Shown here in pieces: positions 1 to 15,000 of a DNA stretch of 64,000 bases. A model generated the notes under the pieces. The model saw only the letters and a program-made list of their open reading frames with translations, searched no databases and was not told where the DNA came from. Position 1 is the stretch's first letter; each line of letters begins with the position of its first letter. Both the position numbers and the translations under genes were made by a program. Source of the DNA: Thalia democratica (taxonomy: Eukaryota); the NCBI GenBank assembly GCA_965202585.1, contig OZ241826.1, positions 99,634,001-99,698,000 on the forward strand, written 5' to 3'.

Positions 1-3000
1 GAGTCCTGATTGGCCAACATGACTTTGTACGGTGAACACTTTCAAACAGTTTTTGCCTTCATGCCACTTGTGGTAAGCAACTTGACGTGGCATTCAGTCA
101 TTCTGATCTTCTTCAGCATGACGGCAGAGTCCTGATTGGCCAACATGACTTTGTACGGTGAACACTTTCAAACAGTTTTTGCCTTCATGCCACATGTGGT
201 AAGCAACTTGACATGGCATTCAGTCATTCTGATCTCCTTCAGCATGACGGCAGAGTCCTGATTGGCCAACATGACTTTGTACGGTGAACACTCTCAATTG
301 TTTTTGCCTTCATGCCTCTTGTGGTAAGCAACTTGACGTGGCATTCAGTCATTCTGATCTCCTTCAGCATGACGGCAGAGTCCTGATTGGCCAACATGAC
401 TTTGTACGGTGAACACTCTCAATTGTTTTTGCCTTCATGCCTGATGTGGTAAGCAACTTGACATGGCATTCAGTCATTCTGATCTCCTTCAGCATGACGG
501 CAGAGTCCTGATTGGCCAACATGACTTTGTACAGTGAACACTCTCAATTGTTTTTGCCTTCATGCCACATGTGTAAGCAACTTGACGTGGCATTCAGTCA
601 TTCTGATCTCCTTCAGCATGACGGCAGAGTCCTGATTGGCCAACATGACTTTGTACGGTGAACACTCTCAATTGTTTTTGCCTTCATGCCACATGTGGTA
701 AGCAACTTGACATGGCATTCAGTCATTCTGATCTCCTTCAGCATGACGGCAGAGTCCTGATTGGCCAACATGACTTTGTACAGTGAACACTCTCAATTGT
801 TTTTGCCTTCATGCCACATGTGGTAAGCAACTTGACATGGCATTCAGTCATTCTGATCTCCTTCAGCATGACGGCAGAGTCCTGATTGGCCAACATGACT
901 TTGTACGGTAAACACTCTCAATTGTTTTTGCCTTCATGCGACATGTGGTAAGCAACTTGACATGGCATTCAGTCATTCTGATCTCCTTCAGCATGACGGC
1001 AGAGTCCTGATTGGCCAACATGACTTTGTACGGTGAACACTCTCAATTGTTTTTGCCTTCATGCCACATGTGGTAAGCAACTTGACGTGGCATTCAGTCA
1101 TTCTGATCTTCTGCAGCATGACGGCAGAGTCCTGATTGGCCAACATGACTTTGTACAGTGAACAATCTCAATTGTTTTTGCCTTCATGCCTGATGTGGTA
1201 AGCAACTTGACATGGCATTCAGTCATTCTGATCTCCTTCAGCATGACGGCAGAGTCCTGATTGGCCAACATGACTTTGTACGGTGAACACTTTCAAACTG
1301 TTTTTGCCTTCATGCCACATGTGGTAAGCAACTTGACATGGCATTCAGTCATTCTGATCTTCTTCAGCATGACGGCAGAGTCCTGATTGGCCAACATGAC
1401 TTTGTACGGTGAACACTCTCAATTGTTTTTGCCTTCATGCCACATGTGGTAAGCAACTTGACATGGCATTCAGTCATTCTGATCTTCTTCAGCATGACGG
1501 CAGAGTCCTGATTGGCCAACATGACTTTGTACGGTGAACACTCTCAATTGCTTTTGCCTTCATGCCTCTTGTGGCAAGCAACTTGACATGGCATTCAGTC
1601 ATTCTAACCTCCTTCAGCATGACGGCAGAGTCCTGATTGGCCAACATGACTTTGTACGGTGAACACTCTCAATTGTTTTTGCCTTCATGCCACATGTGGT
1701 AAGCAACTTGACGTGGCATTCAGTCATTCTGATCTTCTTCAGCATGACGGCAGAGTCCTGATTGGCCAACATGACTTTGTACGGTGAACACTCTCAAACG
1801 GTTTTTGCCTTCATGCCACATGTGGTAAGCAACTTGACATGGCATTCAGTCATTCTGATCTCCTTCAGCATGACGGCAGATTCCTGATTGGCCAACATGA
1901 CTTTGTACGGTGAACACTCTCAATTGTTTTTGCCTTCATGCCACATGTGGTAAGCAACTTGACATGGCATTCAGTCATTCTGATCTTCTTCAGCATGACG
2001 GCAGAGTCCTGATTGGCCAACATGACTTTGTACGGTGAACACTCTCAATTGTTTTTGCCTTCATGCCACATGTGGTAAGCAACTTGACATGGCATTCAGT
2101 CATTCTGATCTTCTTCAGCATGACGGCAGAGTCCTGATTGGCCAACATGACTTTGTACGGTGAACACTCTCAAACGGTTTTTGCCTTCATGCCACATGTG
2201 GTAAGCAACTTGACATGGCATTCAGTCATTCTGATCTCCTGCAGCATGACGGCAGAGTCCTGATTGGCCAACATGACTTTGTACAGTGAACGCTCTCAAT
2301 TGTTTTTGCCTTCATGCCACTTGTGGTAAGCAACTTGACATGGCATTCAGTCATTCTGATCTCCTGCAGCATGACGGCAGAGTCTTGATTGGCCAACATG
2401 ACTTTGTACAGTGAACACTCTCAATTGTTTTTGCCTTCATGCCACATGTGGTAAGCAACTTGACATGGCATTCAGTCATTCTGATCTCCTTCAGCATGAC
2501 GGCAGATTCCTGATTGGCCAACATGACTTTGTACAGTGAACACTCTCAATTGTTTTTGCCTTCATGCCACATGTGGTAAGCAACTTGACATGGCATTCAG
2601 TCATTCTGATCTCCTGCAGCATGACGGCAGAGTCTTGATTGGCCAACATGACTTTGTACGGTGAACACTCTCAATTGTTTTTGCCTTCATGCCTCTTGTG
2701 GTAAGCAACTTGACATGGCATTCAGTCATTCTGATCTCCTGCAGCATGACGGCAGAGTCCTGATTGGCCAACATGACTTTGTACAGTGAACGCTCTCAAT
2801 TGTTTTTGCCTTCATGCCACTTGTGGTAAGCAACTTGACATGGCATTCAGTCATTCTGATCTCCTGCAGCATGACGGCAGAGTCTTGATTGGCCAACATG
2901 ACTTTGTACCGTGAACACTCTCAATTGTTTTTGCCTTCATGCCACATGTGGTAAGCAACTTGACATGGCATTCAGTCATTCTGATCTCCTTCAGCATGAC

Positions 3001-6000
3001 GGCAGATTCCTGATTGGCCAACATGACTTTGTACGGTGAACACTCTCAATTGTTTTTGCCTTCATGCCTCATGTGGTAAGCAACTTGACATGGCATTCAG
3101 TCATTCTGATCTCCTGCAGCATGACGGCAGAGTCTTGATTGGCCAACATGACTTTGTACGGTGAACACTCTCAATTGTTTTTGCCTTCATGCCTCTTGTG
3201 GTAAGCAACTTGACATGGCATTCAGTCATTCTGATCTCCTTCAGCATGACGGCAGAGTCCTGATTGGCCAACATGACTTTGTACGGTGAACACTCTCAAT
3301 TGTTTTTGCCTTCATGCCTCTTGTGGTAAGCAACTTGACATGGCATTCAGTCATTCTGATCTCCTTCAGCATGACGGCAGAGTCCTGATTGGCCAACATG
3401 ACTTTGTACGGTGAACACTTTCAAACAGTTTTTGCCTTCATGCCACATGTGGTAAGCAACTTGACATGGCATTCAGTCATTCTGATCTTCTTCAGCATGA
3501 CGGCAGAGTCCTGATTGGCCAACATGACTTTGTACGGTGAACACTCTTAATTGTTTTTGCCTTCATGCCACATGTGGTAAGCAACTTGACATGGCATTCA
3601 GTCATTCTGATCTCCTTCAGCATGACGGCAGAGTCCTGATTGGCCAACATGACTTTGTACGGTGAACGCTCTCAATTGTTTCTGCCTTCATGCCACATGT
3701 GGTAAGCAACTTGACATGGCATTCAGTCATTCTGATCTTCTGCAGCATGACGGCAGAGTCCTGATTGGCCAACATGACTTTGTACGGTGAACACTTTCAA
3801 ACAGTTTTTGCCTTCATGCCTCTTGTGGCAAGCAACTTGACATGGCATTCAGTCATTCTGATCTCCTTCAGCATGACGGCAGAGTCCTGATTGGCCAACA
3901 TGACTTTGTACGGTGAACACTTTCAAACAGTTTTTGCCTTCATGCCTCTTGTGGCAAGCAACTTGACATGGCATTCAGTCATTCTGATCTTCTGCAGCAT
4001 GACGGCAGAGTCCTGATTGGCCAACATGACTTTGTACGGTGAACACTCTCAAACAGTTTTTGCCTTCATGCCTCTTGTGGTAAGCAACTTGACATGGCAT
4101 TCAGTCATTCTGATCTCCTGCAGCATGACGGCAGAGTCCTGATTGGCCAACATGACTTTGTACGGTGAACACTTTCAATTGTTTTTGCCTTCATGCCACA
4201 TGTGGTAAGCAACTTGACATGGCATTCAGTCATTCTGATCTCCTTCAGCATGACGGCAGAGTCCTGATTGGCCAACATGACTTTGTACGGTGAACGCTCT
4301 CAATTGTTTTTGCCTTCATGCCACATGTGGTAAGCAACTTGACGTGGCATTCAGTCATTCTGATCTCCTTCAGCATGACGGCAGAGTCCTGATTGGCGAA
4401 CATGACTTTGTACGGTGAACACTCTCAATTGTTTTTGCCTTCATGCCACATGTGGTAAGCAACTTGACATGGCATTCAGTCATTCTGATCTCCTTCAGCA
4501 TGACGGCAGAGTCCTGATTGGCCAACATGACTTTGTACGGTGAACGCTCTCAATTGTTTTTGCCTTCATGCCACATGTGGTAAGCAACTTGACATGGCAT
4601 TCAGTCATTCTGATCTTCTGCAGCATGACGGCAGAGTCCTGATTGGCCAACATGACTTTGTACGGTGAACACTTTCAAACAGTTTTTGTCTTCATGCCTC
4701 TTGTGGCAAGCAACTTGACATGGCATTCAGTCATTCTGATCTCCTTCAGCATGACGGCAGAGTCCTGATTGGCCAACATGACTTTGTACGGTGAACACTT
4801 TCAAACAGTTTTTGCCTTCATGCCACATGTGGTAAGCAACTTGACATGGCATTCAGTCATTCTGATCTTCTTCAGCATGACGGCAGAGTCCTGATTGGCC
4901 AACATGACTTTGTACGGTGAACACTCTCAATTGTTTTTGCCTTCATGCCACTTGTGGTAAGCAACTTGACATGGCATTCAGTCATTCTGATCTCCTTCAG
5001 CATGACGGCAGAGTCCTGATTGGCCAACATGACTTTGTACGGTGAACGCTCTCAATTGTTTTTGCCTTCATGCCACATGTGGTAAGCAACTTGACATGGC
5101 ATTCAGTCATTCTGATCTCCTTCAGCATGACGGCAGAGTCCTGATTGGCCAACATGACTTTGTACGGTGAACGCTCTCAATTGTTTTTGCCTTCATGCCA
5201 CATGTGGCAAGCAACTTGACATGGCATTCAGTCATTCTGATCTCCTTCAGCATGACGGCAGAGTCCTGATTGGCCAACATGACTTTGTACGGTGAACAAT
5301 CTCAATTGTTTTTGCCTTCATGCCACTTGTGGTAAGCAACTTGACATGGCATACAGTCATTCTGATCTCCTTCAGCATGACGGCAGAGTCCTGATTGGCC
5401 AACATGACTTTGTACGGTGAACACTTTCAAACAGTTTTTGCCTTCATGCCACATGTGGTAAGCAACTTGACATGGCATTCAGTCATTCTGATCTTCTTCA
5501 GCATGACGGCAGAGTCCTGATTGGCCAACATGACTTTGTACGGTGAACGCTCTCAATTGTTTCTGCCTTCATGCCACATGTGGTAAGCAACTTGACATGG
5601 CATTCAGTCATTCTGATCTTCTGCAGCATGACGGCAGAGTCCTGATTGGCCAACATGACTTTGTACGGTGAACGCTCTCAATTGTTTTTGCCTTCATGCC
5701 ACATGTGGTAAGCAACTTGACATGGCATTCAGTCATTCTGATCTCCTTCAGCATGACGGCAGAGTCCTGATTGGCCAACATGACTTTGTACGGTGAACAC
5801 TTTCAAACAGTTTTTGCCTCCATGCCACATGTGGTAAGCAACTTGACATGGCATTCAGTCATTCTGATCTTCTTCAGCATGACGGCAGAGTCCTGATTGG
5901 CCAACATGACTTTGTACGGTGAACACTCTCAATTGTTTTTGCCTTCATGCCACATGTGGTAAGCAACTTGACATGGCATTCAGTCATTCTGATCTCCTTC

Positions 6001-9000
6001 AGCATGACGGCAGAGTCCTGATTGGCCAACATGACTTTGTACGGTGAACGCTCTCAATTGTTTTTGCCTTCATGCCACATGTGGTAAGCAACTTGACATG
6101 GCATTCAGTCATTCTGATCTCCTTCAGCATGACGGCAGAGTCCTGATTGGCCAACATGACTTTGTACGGTGAACACTTTCAAACTGTTTTTGCCTTCATG
6201 CCACATGTGGTAAACAACTTGACATGGCATTCAGTCATTCTGATCTTCTTCAGCATGACGGCAGAGTCCTGATTGGCCAACATGACTTTGTACGGTGAAC
6301 ACTCTCAATTGTTTTTGCCTTCATGCCACATGTGGTAAGCAACTTGACATGGCATTCAGTCATTCTGATCTCCTTCAGCATGACGGCAGAGTCCTGATTG
6401 GCCAACATGACTTTGTACGGTGAACGCTCTCAATTGTTTTTGCCTTCATGCCACATGTGGTAAGCAACTTGACATGGCATTCAGTCATTCTGATCTCCTT
6501 CAGCATGACGGCAGAGTCCTGATTGGCCAACATGACTTTGTACGGTGAACAATCTCAATTGTTTTTGCCTTCATGCCACTTGTGGTAAGCAACTTGACAT
6601 GGCATTCAGTCATTCTGATCTCCTTCAGCATGACGGCAGAGTCCTGATTGGCCAACATGACTTTGTACGGTGAACACTTTCAAACAGTTTTTGCCTTCAT
6701 GCCACATGTGGTAAGCAACTTGACATGGCATTCAGTCATTCTGATCTTCTTCAGCATGACGGCAGAGTCCTGATTGGCCAACATGACTTTGTACGGTGAA
6801 CGCTCTCAATTGTTTTTGCCTTCATGCCACATGTGGTAAGCAACTTGACATGGCATTCAGTCATTCTGATCTTCTTCAGCATGACGGCAGAGTCCTGATT
6901 GGCCAACATGACTTTGTACGGTGAACACTCTCAATTGTTTTTGCCTTCATGCCACATGTGGTAAGCAACTTGACATGGCATTCAGTCATTCTGATCTCCT
7001 GCAGCATGACGGCAGAGTCCTGATTGGCCAACATGACTTTGTACGGTGAACAATCTCAATTGTTTTTGCCTTCATGCCACTTGTGGTAAGCAACTTGACA
7101 TGGCATTCAGTCATTCTGATCTTCTGCAGCATGACGGCAGAGTCCTGATTGGCCAACATGACTTTGTACGGTGAACAATCTCAATTGTTTTTGCCTTCAT
7201 GCCACTTGTGGTAAGCAACTTGACATGGCATTCAGTCATTCTGATCTTCTGCAGCATGACGGCAGAGTCCTGATTGGCCAACATGACTTTGTACGGTGAA
7301 CACTTTCAAACAGTTTTTGCCTTCATGCCTCTTGTGGCAAGCAACTTGACATGGCATTCAGTCATTCTGATCTCCTTCAGCATGACGGCAGAGTCCTGAT
7401 TGGCCAACATGACTTTGTACGGTGAACACTCTCAATTGTTTTTGCCTTCATGCCACATGTGGTAAGCAACTTGACGTGGCATTCAGTCATTCTGATCTCC
7501 TTCAGCATGACGGCAGAGTCCTGATTGGCCAACATGACTTTGTACGGTGAACGCTCTCAATTGTTTTTGCCTTCATGCCACATGTGGTAAGCAACTTGAC
7601 ATGGCATTCAGTCATTCTGATCTCCTTCAGCATGACGGCAGAGTCCTGATTGGTCAACATGGATTTGTACGGTGAACACTTTTAAACAGTTTTTGCCTTC
7701 ATGCCTCTTGTGGCAAGCAACTTGACGTGACAATCAGTCATTCTGACCTCCTTCAGCATGACGGCAGAGTCCTGATTGGCCAACATGACTTTGTACGGTG
7801 AACACTCTCAATTGTTTTAGCCTTCATGCCACATGTGGTAAGCAACTTGACATGGCATTCAGTCATTCTGATCTCCTTCAGCATGACGGCAGAGTCCTGA
7901 TTGGCCAACATGACTTTGTACAGTTAACACTCTCAAACAGTTTTTGCCTTCATGCCACTTGTGGTAAGCAACTTGACGTAGCATTCAGTCATTCTGATCT
8001 CCTTCAGCATGACGGCAGAGTCCTGATTGGCCAACATGACTTTGTACGGTGAACACTCTCAAACAGTTTTTGCCTTCTTGCCTCTTGTGGTAAGCAACTT
8101 GACATGGCATTCAGTCATTCCGATCTCCTTCAGCATGACGGCAGAGTCCTGATTGGCCAACATGACTTTGTACGGTGAACACTCTCAAACAGTTTTTGCC
8201 TTCATGCCTCTTGTGGTAAACAACTTGACATGGCATTCAGTCATTCTGATCTCCTTCAGCATGACGGCAGAGTCCTGATTGGCCAACATGACTTTGTACG
8301 GTGAACACTCTCAAACAGTTTTTGCCTTCATGCCTCTTGTGGTAAGCAACTTGACATGGCATTCAGTCATTCTGATCTCCTTCAGCATGACGGCAGAGTC
8401 CTGATTGGCCAACATGACTTTGTACAGTTAACACTCTCAAACAGTTTTTGCCTTCATGCCACTTGTGGTAAGCAACTTGACATGGCATTCAGTCATTCTG
8501 ACCTCCTTCAGCATGACGGCAGAGTCCTGATTGGTCAACATGAATTCGTACGGTGAACACTCTCAAACAGTTTTTGCCTTCATTCAACATGTGGCAAGCA
8601 ACTTGACGTGACAATCAGTCATTCTGACCTCCTTCAGCATGACAGCAGAGTGCTGATTGGTCAACATGGATTCGTACGGTTAACACTCTCAAACAGTTTT
8701 TGCCTTCATTCTACTTGTGGTAAGCAACTTGACGTGACAATCAGTCATTCTGACCTTCTTCAGCATGACGGCAGAGTGCTGATTGTTCAACATGGATTTG
8801 TACGGTGAACACTTTCAAACAGTTTTTGCCTTCATTCTACTTGTGGCAAGCAACTTGACGTGACAATCAGTCATTTCGACCTCCTTCAGCATGACGGCAG
8901 AGTGCTGATTGGTCAACATGGATTCATACAGTGAACACTTTCAAACAGTTTTTGCCTTCATGCCTCTTGTGGCAATCAGTCATTCTGACCTCCTTCAGCA

Positions 9001-12000
9001 TGACGGCAGAGTCCTGATTGGTCAACATGACTTTGTACGGTGAACACTTTCAAACAGTTTTTGCCTTCATTCTACTTGTGGCAAGCAACTTGACGTGACA
9101 ATCAGTCATTCTGACCTCCTTCAGCATGACGGCAGAGTGCTGATAGGCCAACATAACTTTGTACGGTGAACACTCTCAAACGGGTTTGGCCTTCACTATA
9201 CTTGTGGCAAGCAACTTGACATGACAATCAGTCATTCTGACCTCCTTCAGCATGACGGCAGAGTGCTGATTGGTCAACATGGATTCATACAGTGAACACT
9301 TTCAAACAGTTTTTGCCTTCATGCCTCTTGTGGCAATCAGTCATTCTGATTTCCTTCAGCATGACGGCAGAGTGCTGATAGGCCAACATAACTTTGTACG
9401 GTTAACACTCTCAAACAGTTTTTGCCTTCATTCTACTTGTGGTAAGCAACTTGACGTGACAATCAGTCATTCTGACCTTCTTCAGCATGACGGCAGAGTG
9501 CTGATTGTTCAACATGGATTTGTACGGTGAACACTTTCAAACAGTTTTTGCCTTCATTCTACTTGTGGCAAGCAACTTGACGTGACAATCAGTCATTCTG
9601 ACCTTCTTCAGCATGACGGCAGATTGCTGATTGTTCAACATGGATTTGTACGGTGAACACTTTCAAACAGTTTTTGCCTTCATTCTACTTGTGGCAAGCA
9701 ACTTGACGTGACAATCAGTCATTCTGACCTCCTTCAGCAAGACGGCAGAGTGCTGATTGGTCAACATGGATTTGTACGGTGAACATTCTCAAACAGTTTT
9801 TGCCTTCATTTTACTTGTGGCAAGCAACTTGACGTGGCAATCAATCATTCTGACCTCCTTCAGCATGACGGCAGAGTCCTGATTGGCCAACATGGCTTCA
9901 TACAGTGAACACTTTCAAACAGTTTTTGCCTTCATGCCTCTTGTGGCAATCAGTCATTCTGATTTCCTTCAGCATGACGGCAGAGTGCTGATAGGCCAAC
10001 ATAACTTTGTACGGTTAACACTCTCAAACAGTTTTTGCCTTCATTCTACTTGTGGTAAGCAACTTGACATGACAATCAGTCATTCTGACCTCCTTCAGCA
10101 TGACGGCAGAGTGCTGATTGGTCAACATGGATTCATACAGTGAACACTTTCAAACAGTTTTTGCCTTCATGCCTCTTGTGGCAATCAGTCATTCTGATTT
10201 CCTTCAGCATGACGGCAGAGTGCTGATAGGCCAACATAACTTTGTACGGTTAACACTCTCAAACAGTTTTTGCCTTCATTCTACTTGTGGTAAGCAACTT
10301 GACGTGACAATCAGTCATTCTGACCTTCTTCAGCATGACGGCAGAGTGCTGATTGTTCAACATGGATTTGTACGGTGAACACTTTCAAACAGTTTTTGCC
10401 TTCATTCTACTTGTGGCAAGCAACTTGACGTGACAATCAGTCATTCTGACCTTCTTCAGCATGACGGCAGATTGCTGATTGTTCAACATGGATTTGTACG
10501 GTGAACACTTTCAAACAGTTTTTGCCTTCATTCTACTTGTGGCAAGCAACTTGACGTGACAATCAGTCATTCTGACCTCCTTCAGCAAGACGGCAGAGTG
10601 CTGATTGGTCAACATGGATTTGTACGGTGAACACTCTCAAACAGTTTTTGCCTTCATGCCTCTTGTGGCAAGCAACTTGACTTGGCAATCAGTCATTCTG
10701 ATCTCCTTCAGCATGACGGCAGAGTGCTGATTGGCCAACATGGATTTGTACAGTGAACACTCTCAAACAGTTTTAGCCTTCATGCCTCTTGTGGCAAGCA
10801 ACTTGACGTGGCAAGCAGTCATTCTGACCTCCTTCAGCATGACGGCAGAGTGCTGATTGGCCAACATGGCTTTGTACGGTGAACACTTTCAAACAGTTTT
10901 GGCCTTCATGCCTCTTGTGTCAAGCAACTTGACATGACTATAAGTCATTCTGACCTCCTTCAGCATGACGGCAGAGTGCTGATTGGCCAACATGGATTTG
11001 TACGGTGAACACTTTCAAACAGTTTTGGCCTTCATGCCTCTTGTGTCAAGCAACTTGACATGACTATAAGTCATTCTGACCTCCTTCAGCATGACGGCAG
11101 AGTGCTGATTGGTCAACATGGATTTGTACGGTGAACACTTTCAAACAGTTTTGGCCTTCATGCCTCTTGTGGCAAGCAACTTGACGTGACAATCAGTCAT
11201 TCTGAGCTCCTTCAGCATGACAGCAGAGTGCTGATTGGTCAACATGGATTTGTACGGTGAACACTATCAAACAGTTTTTACCTTCATGCCTCTTGTGGCA
11301 AGCAACTTGACGTGACAATCAGTCATTCTGACCTCCTTCAGCAAGACGGCAGAGTCCTGATTGGCCAACAAGGATTTGTACGGTGAACACTTTCAAACAG
11401 TTTTTGCCTTCATGCCTCTTGTGGCAATCAGTCATTCTGACCTCCTTCAGCATGACGGCAGAGTGCTGATTGGCCAACATGGATTCGTACGGTGAACACT
11501 TTCAAACAGTTTTTGCCTTCATGCCACTTGTGGCAAGCAGTCATTCTGACCTCCCTCAGCAAGACGGCAGAGTGCTGATTGGCCAACATGGATTTGTACG
11601 GTGAACACTTTCAAACAGTTTTGTCCTTCATGGCTTTTTTGGCAAGCAACTTGACGTGAATATCAGTCATTCTGACCTCCTTCAGCATGACGGCAGAGTG
11701 CTGATTGGCCAACATGGATTTGTACGGTGAACATTTTCAAACAGTTTTTGCCTTCATGACTCTTGTGTCAAGCAACTTGACGTGACTATCAGTCATTCTG
11801 ACCTCCTTCAGCAAGACGGCAGAGTCCTGATTGGCCAACATGGATTTGTACGGTGAACACTCTCAAACAGTTTTTGCCTTCATTCTACTTGTGACAATCA
11901 GTCATTCTAACCTCCCTCAGCAAGACGGCAGAGTGCTGATTGGCCAACATGGATTTGTACGGTGAACACTTTCAAACAGTTTTGGCCTTCATGGCTTTTG

Positions 12001-15000
12001 TGGCAAGCAACTTGACGTGACAATAAGTCATTCTGACCTCCTTCAGCATGACAGCAGATTGCTGATTGTTCAACATGGATTTGTAAGGTGAACACTTTCA
12101 AAAAGTTTTTGCCTTCATTCTACTTGTGTCAAGCAACTTGACGTGACAATCAGTCATTCTGACCTCCTTCAGCAAGACGGCAGAGTCCTGATTGGCCAAC
12201 ATGGATTTGTACGGTGAACACTTTCAAACAGTTTTGGCCTTCATGGCTTTTTTGGCAAGCAACTTGACGTGACAATCAGTCATTCTGACCTCCTTCAGCA
12301 AGACGGCAGAGTCCTGATTGGCCAACATGGATTTGTACGGTGAACACTTTCAAACAGTTTTGGCCTTCATGGCTTTTTTGGCAAGCAACTTGACGTGAAT
12401 ATCAGTCATTCTGACCTCCTTCAGCATGACGGCAGAGTCCTGATTGGCCAACATGGATTTGTACGGTGAACACTTTCAAACAGTTTTTGCCTTCATTCTA
12501 CTTGTGGCAAGCAACTTGACGTGACTATCAGTCATTCTGACCTCCTTCAGCATGACGGCAGAGTGCTGATTGGCCAACATGGATTTGTACGGTGAACACT
12601 TTCAAACAGTTTTTGCCTTCATTCTACTTGTGGCAAGCAACTTGACGTGACTATCAGTCATTCTGACCTCCTTCAGCATGACGGCAGAGTGCTGATTGGC
12701 CAACATGGATTTGTACGGTGAACACTTTTAAACAGTTTTTGCCTTCATTCTACATGTGGCAATCAACTTGACGTGACAATCAGCCATTCTGACCTCCTTC
12801 AGCATGACGGCAGAGTGCTGATTGGCCAACATGGATTTGTACGGTGAACACTTTCAAACAGTTTTTGCCTTCATGCCTCTTGTGGTACGCAACTTGACGT
12901 GGCAATCAGTCATTCTGACCTCCTTCAGCATGACAGCAGAGTCCTGATTGGCCAACATGGATTCGTACGGTGAACACTCTCAAACAGTTTTTGCCTTCAT
13001 GCCTCTTGTGGCAAGGAACTTGACGTGACTATAAGTCATTCTGACCTCCTTCAGCATGACAGCAGAGTGCTGATTGGTCAACATGGATTTGTACGGTGAA
13101 CACTATCAAACAGTTTTTGCCTTCATTCTACTTGTGGCAAGCAACTTGACGTGACAATCAGTCATTCTGAGCTCCTTCAGCAAGACGGCAGAGTGCTGAT
13201 TGGCCAACATGGATTTGTACGGTGAACACTCTCAAACAGTTTTGGCCTTCATGCCTCTTGTGTCAAGCAACTTGACGTGACTATAAGTCATTCTGACCTC
13301 CTTCAGCATGACAGCAGAGTGCTGATTGGTCAACATGGATTTGTACGGTGAACACTATCAAACAGTTTTTACCTTCATGCCTCTTGTGGCAAGCAACTTG
13401 ACGTGACAATCAGTCATTCTGAGCTCCTTCAGCATGACAGCAGAGTGCTGATTGGTCAACATGGATTTGTACGGTGAACACTATCAAACAGTTTTTACCT
13501 TCATGCCTCTTGTGGGAAGCAACTTGACGTAACAATCAGTCATTCTGAGCTCCTTCAGCATGACAGCAGAGTCCTGATTGGCCAACATGGATTCGTACGG
13601 TGAACACTCTCAAACAGTTTTTGCCTTCATGCCTCTTGTGGCAAGCAACTTGACGTGACAATCAGTCATTCTGAGCTCCTTCAGCAAGACGGCAGAGTGC
13701 TGATTGGCCAACATGGATTTGTACGGTGAACACTCTCAAACAGTTTTGGCCTTCATGCCTCTTGTGTCAAGCAACTTGACGTGACTATAAGTCATTCTGA
13801 GCTCCTTCAGCATGACAGCAGAGTGCTGATTGGCCAACATGGATTTGTACGGTGAACACTATCAAACAGTTTTTACCTTCATGCCTCTTGTGGCAAGCAA
13901 CTTGACGTGGCAATCAGTCATTCTGATCTCCTTCAGCATGACGGCAGAGTCCTGATTGGCCAACATGGATTTGTACGGTGAACACTATCAAACAGTTTTT
14001 GCCTTCATGCCTCTTGTGGCAAGCAACTTGACGTGACAATCAGTCATTCTGAGCTCCTTCAGCAAGACGGCAGAGTGCTGATTGGCCAACATGGATTTGT
14101 ACGGTGAACACTCTCAAACAGTTTTGGCCTTCATGCCTCTTGTGTCAAGCAACTTGACGTGACTATAAGTCATTCTGAGCTCCTTCAGCATGACAGCAGA
14201 GTGCTGATTGGCCAACATGGATTTGTACGGTGAACACTATCAAACAGATTTTGCCTTCATGCCTCTTGTGGCAAGCAACTTGACGTGGCAAGCAGTCATT
14301 CTGACCTCCTTCAGCATGACGGCAGAGTGCTGATTGGCCAACATGGATTTGTACGGTAAACACTTTCAAACAGTTTTTGCCTTCATGCCTCTTGTGGCAA
14401 GCAACTTGACGTGACAATCAGTCATTCTGAGCTCCTTCAGCATGACGGCAGAGTGCTGATTGGTCAACATGGATTTGTACGGTAAACACTTTCAAACAGT
14501 TTTTGCCTTCATGCCTCTTGTGGCAAGCAACTTGACGTGGCAATCAGTCATTCTGACCTCCTTCAGCATGACAGCAGAGTGCTGATTGGCCAACATGGAT
14601 TTGTATGGTGAACACTATCAAACAGTTTTTACCTTCATGCCTCTTGTGGCAAGCAACTTGACGTGACAATCAGTCATTCTGAGCTCCTTCAGCATGACAG
14701 CAGAGTGCTGATTGGTCAACATGGATTTGTACGGTGAACACTATCAAACAGTTTTTACCTTCATGCCTCTTGTGGCAAGCAACTTGACGTGACAATCAGT
14801 CATTCTGAGCTCCTTCAGCATGACGGCAGAGTGCTGATTGGCCAACATGGATTTGTACGGTAAACACTTTCAAACAGTTTTTGCCTTCATGCCTCTTGTG
14901 GCAAGCAACTTGACGTGGCAATCAGTCATTCTGACCTCCTTCAGCATGACAGCAGAGTGCTGATTGGTCAACATGGATTCGTACGGTGAACACTTTCAAA

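Noticed and set aside
7798-14417. ORFs in the satellite (e.g. MAFSHSDLLQHDGRVLIGQH..., MKVFTLQIHV...)
   Set aside because: They arise where a point variant (GTGAAC>GTTAAC, ATCAG>ATAAG/AGCAG) or a 17-bp deletion removes the per-monomer stop. They span only about two monomers and occur on both strands.
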